This document shows positions 55,374 to 64,000 of a stretch of 64,000 nucleotides of DNA, piece after piece. The DNA comes from an uncultured Candidatus Peribacteria bacterium (lineage in GTDB: Bacteria > Patescibacteriota > Gracilibacteria > BD1-5 > UBA6164): NCBI GenBank assembly GCA_964404065.1, contig CAYOIP010000001.1:21721-85720 (forward strand). The letters run 5' to 3'. Under the pieces are notes generated by a model. That model saw nothing but the letters and a program-made list of their open reading frames with translations, made no database searches and was not told where the DNA came from. Each line of letters opens with the position of its first letter. Position 1 is the stretch's first letter. The position numbers and the translations under genes were made by a program.

Positions 55374-57725
55374 ATGTTAAAATACATAAAATTCACTTTT
55401 CTAATCATTTCTCTTTTATTTTCATTAAGTGTTTATGCTTGAGTAGTTCCTGGAACAATTATTAGTTCTACGCAAACATGAGGTTGATGATGTTGAAGTC
55501 AATCTTGTATTTTAAACTATACTTGTGCCTGTTGAAATGCAGTTGCTGATAGTATGAGTTGTTGAACTTATAATGATTCAGCTTGTTGAGATTCAGTCGC
55601 TGATAGTATGGATTGTGCTTGTTGGTCATCATACTCAACAAATAATAGTACAACACATTATTTTTCTTCAAATCTTTCAACAGATTCTACTAAGAGTTGT
55701 CAAGTTAGTTTTATTTGAAGTTATGAATGTTGAAATACATCTTGTTCTGCTACTACTTGATATAATACTGATATGTCTCCAAATACGGCATATCAAAACT
55801 CTATGCCTTCTTGGAGTTCATCAAGTCATTCTAGTTCTACTTGTAGTATGAGGTGAAGAACAGCAACTAATGATTCCTCAGTTCCAATAGCAACATTAAA
55901 TTGAGTTTCATCAGTTTTTACTTCAGATAATGATAAATGGTGTAATATAAAAAAATATAGATCTGAATCTTGATACACATATAAAGCAGATGAAAATCCT
56001 TGATGTGAAAGTTATAGAAAATCAAATACTACTGAAAATCCTTGAATATGAGAAGATTTATTAAAATGACTTGAAATAAATATACCTTGAGATGTTTCAT
56101 GAATATGAGAAGTTCAAGTGAGACTTTGAAATTGTAGTAAAACTTATAAAGTTACAAATCAAGATATAACTTCTTTAATAAATTCTTCATGAGTTTGGTA
56201 TAATCCAAATCAAAAAAATAGTTTTACAATTCCTTATAGTTGAAATATTACATGATGATCTTTTATGTGACAAAGTTGATTATTATGATCTTTTTGAGTA
56301 ACTAGGTTGGATCAATGTTTAGAAGAATGAAAAAATTCCATCTCAGTTTTGATAAAAGATATGGCAAGGAGTAATAGTGATTGACTTGTATTATCTGCAA
56401 ATGTATGAGCAAAATTTACTGCATGAACAATAAATATAGACAATTCAAATTCAAAACTTAACTTAACTTGAGATCTAGAAACTACATCATTAAGTTGAAC
56501 AACAGTTTCAGGAGGATTTAATGGAACACTAAGTAATTCTTGAGTTTGGAGAAACTATTCTTTGACTGGATGAATAAAATCAGTTGAAGAATATAGATGA
56601 TGAGCTTTTAATGAATGTAAAAGTTTTACTTGATCATTAACTTGAGACTGTAATACTAGTAGTGTTACGCCAAAACCAAGTGCAACTAATTGACTTGTAT
56701 GGACTGCACCAAGTTGAGTTCAAACAGATTGAAAATTTATGCAATTCAAATGTGATACTTTAGGTCCATTTCCAACAAGTGCTGAATGTGCAACTTGATG
56801 TCCTACTTGAAAAGAATGGAATGCAAACACTTGAAAATGTGAGGCAATAACTTGTAAAGCTGTAGTTTGATGAGTTGAAACTACAATTATAAATGGAACT
56901 AATTGAGTAGTAAATGCTGATGGAACTTGTGTAGCATATTGTATTCCAGGGCATAGTGTGAGTTGTGTAGTAAAAGAGTGATGAAGTCTTGCCTGAGAGT
57001 GTTGATCTGCAAATGGAACTATAGATAATAATAGTTTCCCACTTTTTACATCATTATGTAATAAATGAGTATTTGAAAAAACTGATGAAGTTTGAATAGA
57101 CTGAACTTATAATTGGAAATGTAAAACAGAAACATCTTTTGTAGATTGTAGTGCATATAAATCTTGTAATCTTCCTTGGGGGTGAAATATATTACATGGT
57201 CAAAGTGTTACAGCATATAAAGATTCAATAGTTCAATTAGCATCAGATTGTAGTTTTGAAATGAGAACATGTAATTATTGAATTTTAAGTGGATCTTATA
57301 CTAATCCAGTTTGTGGTAATTATTGTAACAATCAATCGTATGTTCCACCTCCATTTTCTAGATATATAGTTAATCCACCTAATAGTTCTGCTCAACGGAT
57401 TTCTAATTTACCAGATACTTATTGGTGAGCTAATTTTGTAGCATATAGGGATTTTTATGTATCAGAAGATTTACATAATGCAACTTTTTATATGGCATCT
57501 GATAATTATTGAGAAGTATTTTTAGATTGAGAATTATTATCTACTACGCCATCTAATTCATTTGAAACTAATTATTCAGTAATTACTAAACCTATTTTAA
57601 CAGCTGGTTTACACAAAGTTAGATTTGTTGTAAATAATACTCATAAACGGTGATGAGGTATATTTTCAATGCAAGTAAATGGTAGAGAAATTTGGAAAAG
57701 TGATGATAAATGGTGTATAGAATAG
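55374..57725 (+). CDS. secreted Cys-rich protein (783 aa) with a PA14-like C-terminal domain
   Basis: All codons checked. Signal peptide; many CxxC/CxxxC modules (CPTGKEWNANTGKCEAITC; CNLPWGGNILHGQSV...C). C-terminus NATFYMASDNYGEVFLDGELL...GLHKVRFVVNN...GGIFSMQVNG. Confidence 0.6.
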
Positions 57726-57741
57726 AAAACTTGCTCAATTT

Positions 57742-57778
57742 AAAAACTACTTTAGTTTATTGGCTAAAGTAGTTTTTT
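57742..57778 (+). terminator. intrinsic terminator
   Basis: aaaactactttag-tttattgg-ctaaagtagtttt followed by T-run. Confidence 0.65.
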
Positions 57779-57916
57779 GATAATTATAAATTTAAGAAAT
57801 AAAAGCTAAATTAGTTTAAAATAATACAATTATATTCAAATTAAATTTGATTTTATTAGAATAAATTCTATACTATTTTAGATAATATTATGTTTATAAT
57901 GTAAAAATATCTAAAT

Positions 57917-59047
57917 ATGTTTAATAGGTTGATAGAAAAAAAAATATATGAATATATAAAAAAAGATGTTATTTTATTACTTTTGTGAGCTAGACAAGTA
58001 TGAAAAACAACTATTGTAAAGAATTTAAAATGAGTTTTAGATAATGAAAATAATGAAACTTTTTATATAAATTTAGAAAATCCTGAATTTTTAGATTTAT
58101 TAAATATTCATCCAGAAAACTTATTTAAAATTATTTGAAAATCTTTAGGTAAAAAAATAGTTTTTATTGATGAAATACAATATTTAAAAAATCCAAGTAA
58201 TTTTTTAAAATATATTTATGATGAATATAAGTGAATTATAAAACTCATAGTAACTTGAAGCAGTGCTTTTTATATTGATAAAAATTTTAAAGATTCACTT
58301 GCTTGAAGAAAACAAATTTTTTATATAAATACATTAAATTTTAAAGAATTTTTGATTTTTAATAAAAAACAAGATTTAATAAAATATATAGAAAATAAAG
58401 AAGTTATTCCTCTTATAAAAAAAGATGAAATAATGAATTATTATCATGAATTTATAATTTATTGATGATATCCTGCCGTAGTACTAGAACCGAACTTAAA
58501 TGAGAAAAAGAATCTATTGGAAGAGATAGGATTATCATACATTAAAAAAGATATTTTAGAAGCTTGAGTAGAATATGAAGAAAAATATTATTTTATATTA
58601 AAAATATTATCAAGTCAGATTTGAAACTTGTTAAATATAAATGAAATCTCAAATACTATAAATTTAAATGTTCAAACAGTTGAAAGATATATCTATATAA
58701 TGAAAAAGTCATTTCATATAGCTACTATTAAACCATTTTATAAAAATATAAGAAAAGAACTTACAAAAATGCCAAAAGTATATTTTTATGATTTGTGATT
58801 AAGAAATTTTTTTATAAATAACTTTGAAAGTTTTGATTATAGAGTTGATAAATGAGAATTATTAGAAAATATTGTATTTAAACAATTAATTGATTTAAAT
58901 AAACTTGAAGATATAAAATTTTGGAGAACTCAAAATAAAAATGAAGTTGATTTTGTTTTAGAAAAAGAATATAAAGCTTATGAAGTAAAAATAAATAAAG
59001 ATAAATTTATTTTTGAAAAATATAAATTATTTACCGATTCATATAAT
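57917..59047 (+). CDS. AAA+ ATPase with a DUF4143-type C-terminal domain
   Basis: 376 aa. Walker A LLLGARQVGKTT, Walker B VFIDEIQY, later FYDLGLRN. In-frame TAA at 59045-59047. Confidence 0.75.
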
Positions 59048-59126
59048 AATTTTTCTTTAGAAGTTATAGATTTAGATAAAAGTATATTTTTGTAATGAAT
59101 AATGTTTCGTAAAATTTATCAAAAAT

Positions 59127-59152
59127 AAAATCACCTTTCAAAGGTGATTTTT
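59127..59152. terminator. hairpin between convergent genes
   Basis: aaatcaccttt-c-aaaggtgattt. Confidence 0.5.
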
Positions 59153-59165
59153 AAAGTATAAATTT

Positions 59166-59726
59166 TTAGTCTTGAATACAAAGAAATTCATAATTTGATG
59201 AAGTTGCTCTCAAAGTTGATCAAGTTGGACAAGAAGCGTCTAATGAAACAGAAACATTACCTCAATCGGTAATATTAATCATGTAGGCTGTCGCTCATCA
59301 CCAGCATGGTCATGTGTTGGGAAGCATTTGAACACTGTCATAACACCCAGCAACAACTGCTCAAGACGGAAATGTGGCTGTTGTTGTACTTGCACTTGAA
59401 GCACTTGGAGTATTATTACACAAAATTTTACCATTAGTATAAGCACAAATTCATCATTCAGTATGAGGTCATGAAACAACTAAAGTCCAAACATAATTCC
59501 ATATAGCAGCAAAATAAGTATTTATATTATTATAATACTCTGCAGTTAATATATCACCTTGATTTACCGTATTTGCAGTTGCAATGTTTGTAGTAGTGTC
59601 AATAGTTATAGGAGCTGAGGGTCAAGTAGTATAAGCATAAACTACACCTCAAATCAAAGCAAGTGACGTAACTATTACAGATGTTGTTTTTAAAACATCT
59701 TTAAAGTATTGTTTTACATTATTCAT
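59166..59726 (-). CDS. small secreted/anchored protein (186 aa), unknown
   Basis: Translated line by line. N-terminal TM VIVTSLALIGGVVYAY, several Cys, locally higher GC. Confidence 0.5.
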
Positions 59727-59791
59727 AGATAGAAAAATTAAAAAATTAAAATACAGATAAATTTTATTATAATCATGCTGTAAAGTCAAAT

Positions 59792-60304
59792 TTATTTTTT
59801 GTTTGATATCAAATTATTTTGTGCTATACAAAGAGATTTGATATCTTTATTTTTTATCTCTTCACACCATTTTTTTCATTCAACTCATTTTGCTAATCTA
59901 TAATTTAGATTTAAAAAACATATATCTTGTCTTTCTGTGGCAGTTTTTCCATCTTTCTCAACTAATTTTTTACAATCATCAGCGTTTTTTGCTTGATTTA
60001 TTTCATCAAACATAAATTTTATTTGAGCTATACAATTTTCTTTTAAATCTTTATTTTTTATTTCTTCACATTTTTTATAATCATCATATTTTATTGAAGA
60101 AGAAAGTATTTGATTAAAAAGTTTAACAGTTTTAGAATCTTTTTTAAATTCTTTTACTCAAGTTGATTTATTTGTAATTATTTCACTTTGATCATCTTTT
60201 TCTCTAAAAAAAGAGAAGATTATTAAGGATAATCAAATCAAAACTAAAATAGCTAAAATAAAAAATAATTTTTTGTTTATTTTTTTTGATTTTAAGTTAT
60301 TCAT
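59792..60304 (-). CDS. membrane-anchored protein (170 aa) with repeated C-E-E-I-K-N-K-D-x-K-x-x-C-I-A-Q modules
   Basis: TM FFILAILVLIGLSLIIFSFF. KKCEEIKNKDLKENCIAQ and KWCEEIKNKDIKSLCIAQ. Confidence 0.5.
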
Positions 60305-60471
60305 AAAAAGCATTCAAAAAGTAAAATTAATATAATAATAACCATATTTTTTTAAAATCAAGTTTATAATTTTTTACAACTTTTGTCACCTTTTTATTTT
60401 TTAATCGTTTTTATATTTGATTTAAAAAAAATAAATCTTATAATACATAATTATTTCTTAATTTTTCTATT

Positions 60472-63400
60472 ATGAAATCAAAAAATAAGATAATTTTGAC
60501 TTTGTTGTCATTTATTATGCTTTCTCTCATTATACTTCCAAATCTCAAAGCTGATTTGGATGCCGAAAGCATTAAAAACGCTCAGATTTTAGCTGATGCT
60601 TGAGTTATAGTAAATAATTCATCTAATCCTAAAGCTTATAATCTAACTTCTTCTATAACTAGAAGGGAAATGTTAAAAGTTATGTTAAATTTAGCTTGAG
60701 TTACTCCAAGTCAGACTTGCGAGTGAAAATTTGCAGATATGCCAAAATCGGATTGGTGATGTAAATATGCTGAAACAGCTTTAAAACTTTGATATATTGC
60801 AGCGAATAAAAATTTTAGACCAAATGATTCTGTTTCAAAATCAGAAAGTTTAAAAATGATTTTTAAAGCAAAATGAATAACTGTTTCTCAAACTTCTGAT
60901 TGGAGAGTTTGATATATGCAAAAAGCAGTAGAGCTTTGATATTCTGAGAGTTTTTCAGATTATGATAGTGCTTGAAAAAGAAGTTTTGTATTTAATATAT
61001 GAGCAAAAACTATCTCTTCAAGTAAAATAAAAGAACAAGTTTTAAATTATGAAAAACCAAAAGTACTTTTAGCTTTTGCAGATAATATGAATAGAACATC
61101 AGTATTATCAAACTTAAAAGTTTATCCTGAAATAGCTTATACTACAAATTGGATAGATGATAAAAATTTAGAACTGGTAATTTCAGATTTAGTTAGAAAT
61201 GAAACTGATTTACTTGTAAATGTCCTTGATAGCGCTTTAACTTCATCTTGAGAAAAGCTTGAAGAAACTTATGTAAAAAAGTTTAAAATTGATGGTGAAG
61301 CTTTAATTGATTTTGTAACTCCATCTTGATTAGTAACTGATTTAAATCAAAATATTACCGTTCGTTTTTCAAAACCTATGGTTGCTTTAACAAATCTTGA
61401 TAATCAAGCAAAATGTCCAATTGAAATCACTCCTAAAATTTCAGGAAAGTGTGTTTGGATAACAACTTCTACTTTTCAATTTAGGCCTGAGAAAGGATTT
61501 CCAACTTGAGGAAAATATTTGATAAATATTCCTTCTTGAATAACTACAATTGCTTGAGATAAAACTATAAACTCAAAATCATTTGAAATAACAACACCTG
61601 ATTTTGCTTTAGTTTCAGATATAACTACACTTTGAGCAGACGAAAAATTAAATTTTGCTTTTAATGATGAAGTGAGTTTAGATAGTTTTAAAAACAATTT
61701 TAAATTATCTTCAATTTCAAATGACAGTTTAACTTTTTCTTATTATAAGTGAGAATCTGATTTGGAAGAAAATAAAAATATAATATCAGTTTATCCAAAA
61801 TCTTGAGATTGGTGATATGACAAAAACTATACATATTCTATTTTTAATAAACTTACTTCTTCAAGATGAAATGTTGGGTTAAAAAATACTATTTCAAAAA
61901 ACTTTACTACCAATGATTTTTTGGTTAGTTATAATCCAGTAGTATTTTTAAATGAAAATGCGGAAGAAAAATACGATATTTCAAATTTTAAACAATCGCA
62001 AAATAAGGATGTAATTACAATTTCAAATCCTTCTGTATTACTTTCTTTTTATAAAGAAATTTCTTTAGATAAAAGCTTATTTTCTTCAAATCTTCCTTTT
62101 GAATTACATTATGTAAAAACTTCAAATTATGATAATTGAAAGGTGGAATTATTAGAAGATAAAAAACAAGTTTTAATAATTTTTTCTTGAAGTGTAAATA
62201 GTAGTTTAACTTTTAAAATATTGCTTTCAAAAATATCATCAACTTCAGACAAAGTCTTAAATTTCAAAACAAAATCAAATAATTCTATTATTTCCTACAA
62301 ACAAGTAAATTATAAAAAAGCTTGTATAGAAACAAAAGAGGGAATTATTTCAAATCTAAATCAATATTTTTCTTTTGATAAATATGGAAAAGTTGATTAT
62401 GCGTATGAAGTTAATGAGTGGACTAAAGATAGTGACTGTTCTTACTTAGCTTGAAAACATAGATATATTTTAAATACAAGATTAAACCCTAGTTCAGATT
62501 ATAAATTAACAATAAAATCATCTCTTCCAGATTTAGATAATTATCCTTTAGATAAAGATTATAATTATAATTTTTCAACACCAAAAGCATTAAACGAAGA
62601 TAAAAGTGTTTCTATAATTGATTGAAGACAACTTGTTTTAGTTCCAAATGATGTAACTCCAATTTCAGTTTGATTACAATCAGTAAATTTATCACAAGTT
62701 TCTGCAAAAGTGTGTGTTGGAGATTTGGATATTTTATCAAATAGTTATTTAAAAAATGGAGATTGCGTTACAAAAACTATTAAACTAAATAATTTATGAT
62801 TTAAACCAAATATTTCTGTAATTGATTTAGAAAAAGTTTATGGGCAAATATTAGCAAAAAAATATATTACTTTAGAAGTTTCAAAACTAAGTGAAGATAA
62901 AACAAGTTATGAAGCTAAAAATGATTATTATATTCAGAAATCAAGTTTTGTTATAAGTGATATTTCTGCAACGATTAAATCAGCAAAAAATAATTTATTA
63001 TGGTTACATAACTATTCTTCTTGAGCTAATTTAACTGACGAAATAGCAAAAATTGAAAGCTTTAAAAAGGAAGCAAAATATTCAGTTTTTGGAAGTTATG
63101 AGTGAGAAAAAGTAACTTTAGATAAAAATATTTCATTTTCTGCTAAATCTGATTGAATGTATGAACTTGGAGAATCAAATTTCAATACTTTATTAATTAC
63201 TCTAAAATCTTGAGAACAAGTAATTTTAGATAATGTTTATAGTTATTACTATGCAAACCAAAATATTTATAATTACATAACAACTGATAAACCAGTTTAC
63301 AAGGCTTGAGAAAAAGTTCAAATTTCAGGAATTTCAAGAATATTGTCAGCAAAATGATACACTATAAATACTTCACCTGTTCAAGTTTATGTAAGAGATA

Positions 63401-64000
63401 GCCAATATAAAGAAATATTAAATAAATCAGTTTCTCTAAATTCTCTTTGAGCATTTGATTTAAGTTTTGATTTAAAATCAGATACAAAACTTTGAAATTA
63501 TACAATTGAAGTTTGAGGAAACTCTCTTAGCTTTGCTGTTGAAGAATATGAAAAACCAGATTTTAAAGTTGAATCAAAATCTAAAAAAGATAGTTATGTA
63601 TTTGGTGAAACAGCAAAAATAGATGTTGCTTGAGAATATTATATAGGACTTCCATTATCTAACTGAGAATGAAGTTATAATTTAACGTCTTCAGAATTTT
63701 ACTTTGATTGATGAAAGACAACTTGATATGATTTCTGAGAACAAAATAATTTCTGGTGGGGTATAAGACCAATGTCTTCAAAACTTGGATGAGTTTATTA
63801 TTGAGATAACAATACAGAAAAAACTTGAAAATTTGTTTTATGAGCTGATGGAAAAACTACTATAGATTTACCTTTAGAGGACTCTACTAAAGATAAAATC
63901 TATACAGTAAGTTCTACAGTTACAGATCCAAATACTAAAAAATCAATTTCAAATAATGCTACTTTTAAAGCAATAAGAAGTAAAACTTTCTTATGAATAA
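60472..64000 (+). CDS. SLH-like N-terminal domain + bacterial alpha-2-macroglobulin family protein (3' end beyond the window)
   Basis: All codons to the window end were checked. Signal peptide. SLH-like KFADMPKSDWGCKYAETALKLGYIAANKNFRPNDSVSKSESLKMIF. MG-domain hallmark FAVEEYEKPDFKVES. ORF-track fragments 61921-62139 and 62221-62454 are in frame. Confidence 0.7.

Noticed and set aside
59045-59096. An extension of the AAA+/DUF4143 gene to a TAA at 59094.
   Set aside because: Re-indexing showed an in-frame TAA at 59045-59047. My first reading had dropped a base at a line break.
1-64000. TGA = Trp (table 4, Mollicutes-like), suggested by the AT-richness.
   Set aside because: TGA falls at invariant Gly positions of P-loops and of AlaRS/RNR motifs. 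Trp is encoded by TGG in the same motifs.

Overview
This is very AT-rich bacterial DNA that cannot be read with the standard genetic code. The supplied ORF track is fragmented because TGA is a sense codon here. Hand translation with TGA=Gly (NCBI table 25, used by Gracilibacteria/BD1-5 and Absconditabacteria/SR1 of the Candidate Phyla Radiation) restores about 51 tightly packed genes that stop only at TAA or TAG. The window also carries the enabling tRNA-Gly(UCA) at 28868-28946. Housekeeping genes: clpB, secG, rimO, ybeY, nrdAB, tex, recA, rsmH, recR, pyk, alaS, ruvB. There is a T4SS-like remnant (PrgI, a VirB4 N-terminal fragment, two T4SS-pilin-like genes). Eukaryote-like signalling proteins are present: a 1470-aa EF-hand/FHA/PPP-phosphatase protein and an LRR Ser/Thr kinase. 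There are two Fic/Doc proteins. A large cell-surface block holds Cys-rich repeat proteins, a 1270-aa secreted protein, a GT-C glycosyltransferase and an SLH-alpha-2-macroglobulin. Two things stand out. (i) Nine copies of a GC-rich palindromic element sit in the AT-rich background. Four are inserted in frame inside conserved genes (clpB, rimO, alaS, a FemAB-family gene) and others supply stop codons or a C-terminal tail. This resembles Rickettsia palindromic elements, and I am not aware of it being described for this lineage. (ii) One cassette (10505-11083) is written in the standard code: 12 Gly all GGN, no internal TGA, a TGA stop, a strong Shine-Dalgarno and a GC-rich terminator. It sits between heavily recoded genes and looks like a recent import across the code barrier. 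All family assignments come from motifs recognised by eye; no database search was run. Coordinates were checked by frame arithmetic, and the largest genes were also translated codon by codon.
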